Of a stretch of 64,000 nucleotides of DNA, positions 28,006-41,115 are shown in pieces. The DNA lies in NCBI RefSeq assembly GCF_009914755.1, contig NC_060940.1; one strand, given 5' to 3'. The position numbers and the translations under genes are program-made. Position 1 is the first letter of the stretch. Each line of letters opens with the position of its first letter. The DNA comes from the human T2T-CHM13v2.0 reference genome, Homo sapiens. The notes beneath the pieces were generated by a model, which saw only the letters and a list, made by a program, of their open reading frames with translations, was not told the origin of the DNA and did not search any database.

Positions 28006-29081
28006 TATTATTTCATTTTATGCATTTTCTGCCTGTATTTGATCATACTTTACCTTTGCCAGGCCTTTATTGTGGAAGTGTCTGTGAATCTTCTCAAAGC
28101 TACATTTGACATTTACTTTTGCAGTGGACTTCATAGTTGAAGTCTGTTCTTCTGTGTCCACCAGAGACTTCAGATCCTCCAGTGATACCTTGTTTTTCTT
28201 TCCTGCTTGGCTTTGTCTCTTCACCTGTTCCCTCCTCCAGAGAATCATGTTCAGCTCCCTCAGGTGGATTAAAATGTTATTTAACTGAAAATTCTGAAAT
28301 TGGTGGAAAGCAATAGAATAAAGGGAGATTATCTGACCTTCCCTGGGTTCATATTGTGAACATGAGTCTGGGTGTGACCTTTCCAATGTTTCTGAACTTC
28401 CTCCAAATGAGATGTTGGTCTGTGTGTTCTTGCTCTTTTCCCTGCTGTGGAGTCCTCTTGTTTTCCCCAGTTGTTCCCTCCCACAGCTCCAATGTTCTCT
28501 TTTGGTGTTATCACCTTCCAGATTTGCTGACTTGAACTGCAGATTAAGGCTGTGATTAAATAAGAAAGAGAGGGGAGGTAGTTCTCAATGGAACTTAGAA
28601 GAAGACCTCTTTTCCCATCTCAGTTCCTAAGAGGTTGCCCTGGTGCCTCTATGATACTGGTTTTAGTGGCTTTCCCTGCAGAGTAATTTCTTAATTCTCC
28701 AATGGGGATACAGAAGGTGGATCTGAATGCTTTTCAGAAGTGTGGGCACTTTTTCTCTCCTAGACAGACACATTGGGACTGAAAGATTTTTGTGACTGTC
28801 CCCATTCTGGGGAAAAGGCATTCAACAGGATAGGAAAGCTCTTCAGTATGTGGTCTCTTGGAAATTCACACTACAACACATTTACCACACTTGACTTCAA
28901 AGCAATCCAATATATAAGTGTGTTTTTATCTTATAACAGCCTACATTTTATGACATATGCTGCCTCAGTTCAACTCATACCCCAGCTTTGTTATTCTCAA
29001 CAAAAACTTGCCTGTCCCTAGATTTCACATTTGATGTTTACCTTAAAACTTCAAGTATCTAAAGTTTTATAAGAATAAATT

Positions 29082-29363
29082 GGCCGGTTGCAGTGGTTCA
29101 CACCTGTAATCCCAAAGCTTTGGGAGGCCGAGGTGAGTGGATCACCTGAGGTTATGAGTTTGAGACCAGCCTGGCCAACATGGTAAAACCTTTCTCTACT
29201 AAAAATACAAAAATATTAGCCAAGCATGGTGGCAGGAACCTGTAATCCCAGCTACTAAGGAGGCTGAGACTGGAGAATCACTTGAACCCAGGAGGCAGAG
29301 TTTGCAAGTCGTGCCATTGTACTCCAGCCTGGGTGACAGAGTGAGACTCAGTCTCAAAAAAAA
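29082..29363 (+). mobile_element. AluS
   Basis: ggccggttgcagtggttcacacctgtaatccc...gagtgagactcagtctc plus an A tail. Confidence 0.92.
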
Positions 29364-30339
29364 TTGCAAAATTCCAGCTTCTTTATGTGTTATTGTTGAT
29401 ATTGTTGTTGAAAAAAATAAGTAAAATATATTACTCATCTATGTCCATTTCCAAGCTGTGCAGAAGATTTTTTAGTAAGACCCAGAGTAATAAAAGAAAG
29501 CAAATATTGTTAAGCTGTTCAACAGAAAAACAAATTATGTGTTCGGTGGAATACTATCCATCATTTATAATAAATTAATGCCTGATACACAGAACAACAA
29601 GGTAAAAAATCTAAGTATTTATGTTGAGTAAAATAAGCCAAATAAAAATATATACTCTGTTATTTCATTTTTATAAATTTTGATAAAAATGCATCTAAAG
29701 TAATATAATGAAGATCAGTACTTGCCTGGGGAAATGGTAGAAGAAGGGAAGGGGAGAGGAGGAGGAATATAGCAGAACAGGAGGAAATGTTGAGAAAAAT
29801 TCACTAGTCCACTTTCTTGATAATGATGAGAGTTACATCATGTTTATTAATTGTACATTTTAAATGTGTGAAGTATATTACCTTTCAATTAAGCCTCATA
29901 AAATGTATTACAAGCAAACAAACAGAAACTTAGACAAGGAAGGAGTAAAACTTTGACAAGAAAGATAGAAAAAATAAGTTAAATGTCAGAAGTACCTGAA
30001 AATTAATGTGTCTGGACCCTAGTTCTCTCCATATTTTCAGGCGAGTGCTGGAGTGCAGCAAAACCACATGTGCTCTTATTACGGAAAGCGGGTTCTAATA
30101 AAAACACTAGACACATCCAGCTTTGTCCTGGAGTTGGTTTAGGGAGCAATCAGGACCTGTGATGAGGAACACAGGGCGAGTTACTGGGGTTCACTCATCC
30201 CAGACATGAGCTCCTAGATGTACGCAGAGCCCCCTTCACATGTGGGTTTACTTCTGCATCCATAAATGAGAAAATATTGACTCTACAGAACATAGCTTAC
30301 ACGAATATTTAAAAATGAAATAGGGTGATCCTGGCAAAG

Positions 30340-30502
30340 TGTTTATCACAGCACAATTTCATAAGACAGCGTATTTTCCAAATACCATCATTCTCAGCAA
30401 ACTTCTGCAGGGCACCATTGCCTTATCTGGGTACAGCCTACTCCTCAAGGGTCCCACCCTAGATCTTGTTATATAGTAGGAGACATGCAAATAGGGCCCT
30501 CC
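30340..30502 (+). promoter_or_regulatory. Orphan VH3 promoter with an intact octamer, ATGCAAAT (30485-30492)
   Basis: cttgttatatagtaggagacATGCAAATagggccctcc, paralogous to 59440-59472. No leader or V exon follows. Confidence 0.85.
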
Positions 30503-31682
30503 AGGGCAGGTGCAGGTGCTGCTAAGGGTTTTCAATTCTGTACTAACATCTGATGTCTCTAAATGCAAACCTTTTCTTCCTTTTTGTTTCGGTTTTTTTG
30601 TTTGTTTGTTTGTTTACAGTAGGACACATCCTCACCTCCACAGAACCCGCAGTGTCACTTTGGGGGCAGAAATAATTATTTCGTGGTCAACAGGATGAAA
30701 GTCCTGAGGATGCTCAGGGGAACCTGGAGAGTGTTTTCCAGTTAGACTCAGGGCAGAGACCTCCATGGGAATCTCTGATTAGAACAGGCTTTGAGTTCTG
30801 ATAGGAGCTAAGAGAGAGGCTCACCCAGGGTCAGGGTCCTTAAAACCACATGGTTTTCACAGCTATCCCCCCTCGTCTTGTAAAACTGGGCACGTCTGAC
30901 TCAGACTGATTCAGTTGACCCTCTTTCTGCTAATCCATTTTCCTTCCCTGTAGACTTGATTCTCACAATTCCCTTTCTTCTTCTCTGCCCTGAAAACTGA
31001 GTATGTGTTATCTGTAGTCAAAATCCCAGGGCTCAGGTCTGCAGGACCTGGGTAGTCTGAGGGGACTTTCTCACTCACCCTTGCCTGGACTCTCCTGCTG
31101 TCCTCTGTCAACGGAGATGTTTGGAAAACGAAACGGACCTTAATCACAAAGGGAATAATCCTAGTTTTCTCCAATGGGATATTGATGTAGAGCTGATCTT
31201 ATGCTTTTCACACTGTCACAGAGTTTGGACTGTCACCTGTGACTTTGAGGAGAGCTGATGATGGACACTCCATCGTGCTGTGAGCTCTGGATAGTAGTAA
31301 TTGTAGGGTCTGGCTAGGCAGCCTAAGATCAATACTGCTGGCCTTCAGGAAAGACAGGCTGGAATTCCTGGGAAGACCTGCATCTGCCGTACAGCTTGGA
31401 GTCCCATCGTCTTCTGTTATGCTCTGATTGAATCAGCCCCACCTCGATTATTTAGAACAATCTTCGTGACTTAGGAAAAGATAATGGCAGGCTCTACTAA
31501 CGCCTGTATTATGCCATGGGAGCAACACCTAGGTTAGTGTGTGATTTAGTAGATGAGACAGTGGTCTAGTCAAGGTGACAAATAAAATTGATTGTTGCCA
31601 TTATGATATTTTATTTTGGCAATATTATGATATTTGGCAATATAATGATGTTCATATTATAAATATTTCACTACATTATTTG

Positions 31683-32249
31683 TGTCAGAGGCTTTGGAAC
31701 CAGAACAACTTCATCTTGAATAAAGGCTAAGAAAAATAAGACTGAGACCTGCTGGGCTACATTACCAGTAAGCTAAGGCGTTCTTAGTCACAGGATGAGA
31801 AAGGAGGTCTGCACAACATCCAGGTCATAAAGACCTTGCTGATGAAGTTTACAGTAAAGATGCGGCCAAAGCCCACCAAAACCAAGACAGTGACAAAAGT
31901 GACCGCTGTTTGTCCTCACTGCTAATTTTATGCTAATTATAATAATATGCTAAAAGACACTCCCCCCAGCGCCATGACAGTTTACAAATGCCATGGCAAC
32001 ATCAGGAAGTTTCCCTAGTTGGTCTAAAAGGGAGAAATACTCAGCTTTGGTAACTTCTGGGGGATTCATGAATAATCCATCCCTTGTTTAACATATAATC
32101 AAGAAATAACCATGAAAATGGACAACCAGCAGCCCATATTGCTGCTGTGCCTGTGGAGTAGCCATTCTTTATTCTTTTACTTTCCTAATAAACTCGCTTT
32201 CATTTTACTCTGTGGATTTGTCCCAAATTGGGATCCCTTTCCAGTAACA
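31683..32249 (+). mobile_element. MER41B-like ERV1 solo LTR with TSD TTTG
   Basis: TGTCAGAGGC...caggtcataaagaccttgctgat...aataaactcgctttc...ccctttccagtaaCA. TTTG at 31679-31682 and 32250-32253. Confidence 0.88.
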
Positions 32250-32689
32250 TTTGTGTTATTATTCATTTTCTAAGCAGAAAACTCCAAGACGGTATGAAGT
32301 TTCCCTGAATTTTTATAAGAAGTACATCCACCCCTTTGAGAGAAAATGCACAGAGAGTAGAATGAGGCTGGGAAGCTGATCGTATATGATGGAAGCATGT
32401 CCCTAAGTGAAAGAGAGAGGGAGGGTGGATTGGGTGGAAGGTTCCTATATTTCTGTGCTGTGCAAGGAATCTGCAAAATATAATTGAGTCTTGTGCAAGT
32501 CAGTGCTACCTCTCAGAGGAAACCCATGACTCCCAGAAATGGCTCTGCTTATGAATCATTACAAATGTAATTGCCAATGCGGAAAGTGGTGTCTGGTGAG
32601 AGGTATTGGGTACGTGAAGTCATGAATGACTTTATGCAACACACTTGGTGACAATTGAGTTTGTGCTAACTTACTTCAAGTTAAATCTA

Positions 32690-32840
32690 GTTCTTTAAAA
32701 TACTTTAGGACTTTCCTCATCTCTTCTCTTGTACCTGCTCTCACTATGTAATATATCTGCTGCCCCTTTGCCTTCTTCCATGATTGTAAGCTTTCTGAGG
32801 TCCTCACCAAGAGCAGATGCTGGCATCATGCTTCCTGCAT
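32690..32840 (+). mobile_element. MST-type MaLR LTR fragment
   Basis: ccctttgccttcttccatgattgtaagctttctgaggtcctcaccaagagcagatgctggcatcatgcttcctg. Confidence 0.7.
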
Positions 32841-32844
32841 AGCA

Positions 32845-33440
32845 TGACCATTTGGAGTTTGATGGCCTGAGGGTGAGAAGAGACAAACCGGGTTATTAGA
32901 AGACATGTATCAAAACCAAACAAGGTGGCGAGGACAGCTTGAAAACAAATTCCAAGGCTGCTGACATGCCCAGATAACTGTGGCTGTAGTTATGCCTGCT
33001 AAGATTTGGGTGCATGGGGCTTGGCTTTTGTAGCTCCCATGGACTTATTTTCTCAAACAAAGAAACCTCTGGATTAGGGGCACCCTATTTATTCCAGTCA
33101 CCTGGCATGATTTGCAGGATAATTGCTCAGAACTAAAATGTTGATGCAGATGTCTATATTCCCCCTCCCTTTGTTTCTTCTGAGCTGCAGCCAGAGATCA
33201 TTGGTTGGTTCACAGGAATAAGCAGAGTTAGTCTAAAATGGAGGCAAATACTTAAAACAATTGAAGAGATTAGAATTTAAAGACAAGTGTATGATATGTT
33301 TTGAAACATAATTTTTCTCTCTCCAGTTCTGATTTTTGTCAGAATGTAATCATTATACGTCTGAATTGTTTGCAAAATAAACTTTGCTCTCATGGTTGGC
33401 CTGATAATTAGCATAAAGTTCAGAAAGAATAATTAATAAT
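32845..33440 (-). mobile_element. MER4-group ERV1 internal fragment
   Basis: gtagttatgcctgctaagatttgggtgcatggggcttggc; tctgagctgcagccagagatcattggttggttcacaggaataagc. Confidence 0.55.
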
Positions 33441-33724
33441 AATTCTGTAGGAAAAGCCTGCAAGCACTAGGAGCTTCACAGTCTAACAGTATGAGCACAT
33501 GCATCCTCCAGCAACTTACTCAATATTTCCAAGTCAGCCTGCTCCTATCTTGAATACCATCCAGTAATATCTGCCTCAGGTACACTAATATATGGTTCTC
33601 TCTGCAGGCTCCTCTCTCCTCAGATTTCAGGGGTTTTTTTCCTCTATGATATCAACTCAGATATGTTGAATGTTTTTTCTTTATTTTCAGTTTTGTACGT
33701 TTGTTGTTAATGGGGTCAGGATAG

Positions 33725-33947
<223 letters not shown>

Positions 33948-34899
33948 GGTCAGGATAGTATCACAGTTTACTCATTTTTTGCATTCCCTTGCCGAGTAGC
34001 TGCTTTTCTCTATAAAATCCATTAACTGAGATAACAAATCACCTTTTGTTACTGGTGAACAATTAGTTTGGCATATATTTATGTACTGGAATATAATGCA
34101 GCTTGAAATCAAGGCATGCCTCACTCATAAAAAAGCGTGGCTAAATTCTCAAGTTATTGTGCAGAGTGAAAGAAGCTAAGGAATTAAGAGTAAATTTTAT
34201 ATAATTCATATGTAGAAACTTTAGAAGATGCCACTATTAAAAATTAACATGAATAACATTTAAATTTTTCTGAGAATATGGTTTTGTGAATAATGAGGAT
34301 GTGAGTTAAATTTGAGAGGAATAAGAAAAGATTTAGGGATTATTCAAGACGATTGAAGTGCTGAGTGAATGGTTGCAAACATAGGTCTACATTTTTCAAA
34401 TCATTCACTATAAATTTGAATTAACTATTTATTTATTATACTTGAATAAATCAATAACATAAATAAATGAATATTTTTGTTAAAATGGAGCAATAAAAAG
34501 ACTGATATTGGCAGAAGAAACATGACTGACTTCTGAAAATACACACACATGAACCTTGGTTCTCTCTGCATATTTGGGTAAATTACAGAAAGTTGTCATA
34601 ACAGATAGGGAATCCTGCAGACTTCACTAGGCATGGGCCACACTGCCCTGGAGTTGTCTCAGGGGAGCTGCCTCCTCCAGTGTTTAGAGCACAGGCCCAG
34701 ATAATAGGACTAAATTTGTTTAGATGTATAAACTTAGATGCACTGCACAACTGCTGTATTCTCTATGTAAATTATATTCTGTAAAATATAACATTGAAAG
34801 CTGCATTAAATATATTGTGTAAATATGTAAAAATAAAATCAGATTATGAGAGCTAAATGTTAATCAAGGCACAATCACATAATATAAAATTATATTTTC

Positions 34900-35138
34900 C
34901 TGAATGATGGAATTACTACCAATCTCCCCCAGGACACTTCATCTGCACGGAGCCTGGCCCTCTCTTCAGATGTCCCACCCCAGAGCTTGCTATATAGTGG
35001 GGGACATGGAAATAGGGGCCTCCCTCTGCTGATGAAAACCAGCCCAGCCCTGACCCTGCAGCTCTGGGAGAGGAGCCCCAGCACTGGGATTCCGAGGCTT
35101 TCTATTCGGTGATCAGCACTGAACACAGAGGACTCACC
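34900..35138 (+). promoter_or_regulatory. VH3 promoter with a mutated octamer (ATGGAAAT, 35006-35013)
   Basis: Paralogous to 59360-59589; one substitution in the octamer. Confidence 0.85.
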
Positions 35139-35592
35139 ATGGAGTTTGAGCTCAGCTGGGTTTTCCTTGTTGCTATTTTACAAGGTGATTCATGGAGAAC
35201 TAAAGAGATTGAGTGTGAGTGAACATGAGTGAGAGAAACACTGGATATGTGTGGGAGTTTCTGACCAGTGTCTCTGTGTTTGCAGGTGTCCACTGTGAGG
35301 TGCAGCTGGTAGAGTCTGGGAGAGGCTTGGCCCAGCCTGGGGGGTACCTAAAACTCTCCGGTGCAGCCTCTGGATTCACCGTCGGTAGCTGGTACATGAG
35401 CTGGATCCACCAGGCTCCAGGGAAGGGTCTGGAGTGGGTCTCATACATTAGTAGTAGTGGTTGTAGCACAAACTACGCAGACTCTGTGAAGGGCAGATTC
35501 ACCATCTCCACAGACAACTCAAAGAACACGCTCTACCTGCAAATGAACAGCCTGAGAGTGGAGGACACGGCCGTGTATTACTGTGCAAGAGA
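35139..35592 (+). CDS. IGHV3OR16-12: Immunoglobulin heavy variable orphon, subgroup 3, open frame but non-functional; leader exon 35139-35184, V exon 35286-35592
   Basis: Leader [15 protein letters not shown], a GT..AG intron, then [66 protein letters not shown]...YYCAR. The first conserved Cys is replaced by Gly. Name from recall. Confidence 0.9.
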
Positions 35593-35631
35593 CACAGTGA
35601 GGGGAGGTCATTGTGCGCCCAGACACAAATC
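35593..35631 (+). other. 23-bp-spacer recombination signal sequence (RSS)
   Basis: CACAGTG + 23 bp + ACACAAATC. Confidence 0.95.
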
Positions 35632-35658
35632 TCCCTGCAGGAACACAGGGTGGAATCA

Positions 35659-35672
35659 GCTGCAGGGGGCGC
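35659..35672 (+). promoter_or_regulatory. RSS-adjacent CTCF-like motif
   Basis: GCTGCAGGGGGCGC, about 28 bp downstream of the nonamer. Confidence 0.6.
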
Positions 35673-35903
35673 TCAGGAGCCACTAATCAGAGTCAGCCCC
35701 GGAGGCAGGTGCAGATGGAGGCTGATTTCCTGTCAGGATGTGGGACTTTCTCTACTTCTTAGTTTCGCCAGGGAACCTCTCTAAGTTTAGAATTCTTTGC
35801 CTAACAATGTCTTCGCTAAGTATTTGAAGGAGATTATTTTAATATGAAGAGCTATTTTCACATGCACAAAATGCAGATTGATGCTTACAGGGATGAAAAG
35901 TCC

Positions 35904-36297
35904 ATCAATGATAGACTGGATTAAGAAAATGTGGCACATATACACCATGGAATACTATGCAGTCATAAAAATTGATGAGTTCGTGTCCTTTGTAGGGACA
36001 TGGATAAAGCTGGAAACCATCATTCTCAGCAAACTATCACAAGGACAAAAAACCAAACACCGCATGTTCTCACTCACAGGTAGGAATTGAACAATGAGAA
36101 CACATGGACACAGGAAGGGGAACACACCAGGGCCTGTTGTGGGGTGTGGGGAGAGGGGAGGGATAGCGTTAGGAGATATACCTAATGTAAATGATGAGTT
36201 AATGGGTGCAGCACACCAACATGGCACATGTATACATATGTAACAAACCTGCACATTGTGCACATGTACACTAGAACTTAAAGTATAATAAAATATA

Positions 36298-36341
<44 letters not shown>
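35904..36341 (+). mobile_element. 5'-truncated L1PA 3' end whose tail has become (TA)n; TSD AAAGTCC
   Basis: atcaatgatagactggattaagaaaatgtggcac...agaacttaaagtataataaaa. TSD at 35897-35903 and 36342-36348. Confidence 0.93.
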
Positions 36342-36347
<6 letters not shown>

Positions 36348-36977
36348 CTCAAACATGGTCACCACGATCAGAGCCCTGAGTAAGCTCAGGGTTTCCTGAT
36401 GAGTCTTCTCCAATCAGACCCAGGACAGGGACCTCAGTGAGCCTCCATGACTGGAACAGTCTTTACAGATCCTGATCACAGACGATAGAGGCTGGGCCAG
36501 GGTCAGTGTCATGTAGAACCTCACAGGTTTCACGTCTGATCCTTCTTCTGACACTAAATATGCAAATCAGCATCAACACTGATCTGGTGCTTCTTTTGTT
36601 CCTAATCCATTTACTTCCTTTTTCAGTCGTTGTTCTCATTTTTCCGTTTGCTTTTCCTGCTTTCTGGAAAAGGAAGATGTTTCCCTGTGGTCAAAATTCC
36701 AGGCCTCAAGCCCTTTCCTGGCGCTCAGGTGGGTCTCAGGCTGTGGCTGCTGCAGTCACGCGGGAGAGGCTGGTGGGACTTTCTTCACTCCTCGTCACTC
36801 AGGACCCTCCACTGTGTTGCATGGAGACTTATCTGGAAATGCAAGTTGCCGGTGGGAACTGAAGGGGCCAAGCTTGTTTGGTTAATGTGGGATGTGGATG
36901 TGGAGCTAATCCTGTTCTCAGAAACCTTCACAGAGTAACTTTCTTCACTAGCGGTGTGAGGAAGAGGGTGTGAAAGT

Positions 36978-37731
<754 letters not shown>

Positions 37732-38139
37732 AGGTGCAGAGGGACATGCCACTTTCCTGTGAGATGTAGGGGATGACAATTTTGGGGGATGGCTGGAAAC
37801 CTCCAATATCCTCAGGGCTGGCCATCAGTAAGTGCAGGCTGGAAGTCTCAGAAAGAGCTGAAGCTGCTTAATCACCCTGGAGTTTTACCTTCTCCAGATC
37901 TGCTCTGTTGGATTCAGGGCTAAGCTGGTTATCCATGATAATCTACCTAACATAGAGTCAACTGGTTACAGTTTTAATAATGTCTATTGAAAAATTCACA
38001 CCACCACCCGGATTAGTGTTTTGTCAAATCAATACAAATTATTGTCCAGCCAAGTACACCATATGACAGATCATTAGCCATGGAGGAAAACATTTAACCT
38101 GAGTTCTAGGTTCTTATACTGTTAAAGGTGTAAAACCAA

Positions 38140-39520
38140 TTATTTTAAAATCAGGCTATTTTTATTTTTGCTATTGAGTTATGGAAGTTTTATTTATATA
38201 TTGGATATAAACACTTTTTCAGATACATGGTATATTATCCAATTCTGTAAGTTGGAATTATTTCGTTGCTTTGCAGAATCTTTTGTAAATTCTGGTCCCA
38301 CTTGTTCAATTCTGCTTTTTTTGTACGTGCTTTGAATGTAAAATCCAGAAAAAGATTGCTAATTTTTTCAGGGGTGGGAGTTTTATAATTACACATATTA
38401 CATTTAAATATTTAATGCATTTAGAGTTAATTTTTGTGTTTATTCTATCCTAAAATTCTTAATTCTTTGCATGTGAAAATCCAGTTTTCATAACATGCTC
38501 TTTGGAAGACACTATAATTTAGACATTGTATATCACTGGTTCTCATGCTGAAAATCAGCTGGCCATCAATATGTGGGTTTATATCTAAGCTCTCTGTATG
38601 CATTTATGCCAATACCATTCTGATTTATTACTCTATGTTTATAATAAATTTTCAGGCCTGGAAGTGTAATACCTCAAGCTTTATTCTTGCCTTGTTTCAG
38701 ATATTAGACCAAAATATTCTAACCTTTTACTATTGAGTATAACAATAGCTGTGACTTTTCTTAATGGCTTTTATTATGTACAAGTTGTTTTGCTGTCTTC
38801 CTACTTTGTTCAGAGTTTTTATAATGAAACCCTGAATTTTTTCAAATGTTTTTTCTATGTCTGTTGAAATGCTATTGAGATATTTTTTCTTTAGTTTTTT
38901 AATGTGGTGTACCAAATTGATTGATTTGAGGAGACTGAATCATCTGTGCAACTCAGAATAAATTTGAGTTGATCATGGTGTATGGTTTTTAAAAAAACTT
39001 TAGAACTTAGTTTACTAAATTTGGAGTGGTTAATTTTTGTCTACCAATGATATTGATCTATAATTTTATTTTATTGTGGTGCCTTTGTCTATTAATGGTA
39101 ATATTACTGGTAATAGTGTAATGGTAGCCTCAGAAATAGTTTGGAAGGTTGACTTTTCACAAATTTTTGAAAGAGAGAATGGTTAGCATTACTTCTTTAA
39201 ATGTTAATGCTCATTTTATGATGTAACATATAACCTATCATGGAGAATGTTCAATCTGTGCTCGAGAAGAACGTGTATTACATGGCTCTTGGTTCGAAGG
39301 TTCTATAACTGTCTTTCAGGTGAATTTGTCCAATAGTGTTGTTCAAATTCAGAGGCTTAAGAATTTTCTTTCTGGATTTGCTAAACATTATTGTAAGTGA
39401 GGTATTAAGGTCTTCTCTTATGTTTATATTGTTTTCTATTTCTCTCTTTATATCTCTTAAAGTTTGCTTAATGCAGTTGTATTTGAATTTGTACACATGT
39501 GTGAAAAATAATAATTGCTA
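38140..39520 (-). mobile_element. Degraded L1M fragments
   Basis: ttttgctattgagttatggaagtttt; ctttgcatgtgaaaatccagttttc; ggagaatgttcaatctgtgctcgagaagaacgtgtatt. Confidence 0.7.
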
Positions 39521-39539
39521 AGTGAGTTTCATGGTACAG

Positions 39540-39808
39540 TCACATTATAAGTAATCATATTTTCCAAGTGCTACTGTTGCCAATGAACTCCTCCAGGTGT
39601 CTCACATCTGCTCTGGGCTCTGCCCTCTCCTCAGGCATCCCACATCACAGCTTGCTACAGAAGAGAAGGCAGGAAAACAGGGCCCTCTCTCTCCGAGTGA
39701 AAATAAGCACAGACCTGACCCTGCAGCTCTGAGAGAAGACCCACAGCCCTGGGATTCCCAGGGGTTTCCATCTGGTAATCAGGACTGAACACAGAAGACT
39801 CAGTATGG
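39540..39808 (+). pseudogene. VH3 promoter and 5'UTR relic truncated just after the ATG
   Basis: cagggccctc...cctgaccctgcagctctgagagaag...caggactgaacacagaagactcagtATGG matches 35015-35142 and 59464-59593. The octamer position reads AGGAAAAC. Confidence 0.8.
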
Positions 39809-40081
39809 GAGAAATACACGAAATATTTGTTCTCAGACATGAGACACCCACAGAGGGCCCCCTGTGTCCTTCCCTGAGAACTGATCAGCTCTTGCATCTG
39901 AAGAAATGACCAAAGACCAGGAGAGAACCATACAGAAGCATCGGAGGGACAGCACCTGGGGCTCTCATGGGGTCAGGAATAGCGTCTGTTCCCAATAGAT
40001 GGACTAAGTAAAAAGTATCATAATTCTCAAGGGTTTAACATAGCACAGAAGAAAAAGTTACCCTATACCAACTGTTGATCT

Positions 40082-40512
40082 TGTGAACCCAGGAACTCTG
40101 AGACAGATCTCAGTTAATTTAGAAAGTTTTCTTTGCCAGGGTTGAGGACACACCTGTGACACAGCCTCAGGAAGTCCTGATGACATGTGCCCCAGGTGGT
40201 TGGGCACAGCTGGATTTGCACATTTCAGGGAGACATGAGACATCAATCAATATAAGTAAGAAGGACATTAGTTCCATCCAGAAAGGCTGAGACAACTCAA
40301 AACAAGTCCTCCCCACTCAGGGCTTCCAGGTCACAGGTAGGTGACAGACAGATGGTTGCATTCTTTTCAGTTTCTGATAAGTGTTTGCAAAGGAGGCCAT
40401 GAGAATATGCATCTATCTCTGTGACCAGAGGGACAACTTTTAATAGACTGGAAGGCAGATTTGCCCTGAGTGGTTCCCAGCTTGACGGGGCCCAAGATAT
40501 TTTCCTTTCACA
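40082..40512 (-). mobile_element. MER4A-type ERV1 solo LTR with TSD ATCT
   Basis: The reverse strand begins TGTGAAAGGAAAATATCTTGGGCCCC. ATCT at 40078-40081 and 40513-40516. Confidence 0.88.
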
Positions 40513-41115
40513 ATCTGGTAACTTCAAACAAAACTTCAAAGCCACAACAAAATGAAACAACAACAAAAAGAATAAGACATGGGTACTTATTAAGAGTAGA
40601 AAAATATTCAATCCCCAAGGAAAATATTGGCAGTATCTACCTCCACGTGACGAAGGAGTAAGCAATGTGAGCCACAGAAAGGAGCACTATTAACCCACAG
40701 AGTGACCGAGAATAACATGGGTGATGCGAGGGCATTGAACACACATCATTGTATTTTGTAGATTCAGAAAGCAACAGAAAAGATTGACAGTGGTAAAAGA
40801 GACAGAGCCCTGCTTCCCTCTCCCTTTTCCCTTCCCGATGAGCCCTCACAGCCATGACCCTCAGCCTCATCCTGCAGTGCAGCAGCTGCCATCCTGTCCA
40901 GGCCCGCCCCCTGCCCCGCCCTGGGACTGTTACCTTATTCTCTCCCGGAGTCCAGGTGCCCCAGCGTGTGGTGTGGGAGCCTGGGGAGGCCCTTTGTTCT
41001 CTGTCAGGGTCTCCCTGGGAGGGACGCAGCCACCGCAGCTGGTTGGGGCCTGGCTTTGCCGAGGACAGTCCTTTCCTTTCCCATTGTCTTTGGATGACTA
41101 TCCCTGGGCTGGGAC

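Larger units (their letters stand above)
28430..32650 (+). other. Paralogue of the IGHV3OR16-13 cassette flanks (about 57680-61840) that lacks the V gene
   Basis: Collinear matches such as 28501 vs 57755, 29980 vs 58955, 30617 vs 60301 and 32500 vs 61675. Confidence 0.85.

Noticed and set aside
30485-30545. Somatic V(D)J rearrangement as the cause of the missing V gene
   Set aside because: The junction is in the promoter and about 65 bp beyond the nonamer, not at a heptamer, and no D or J sequence is present.
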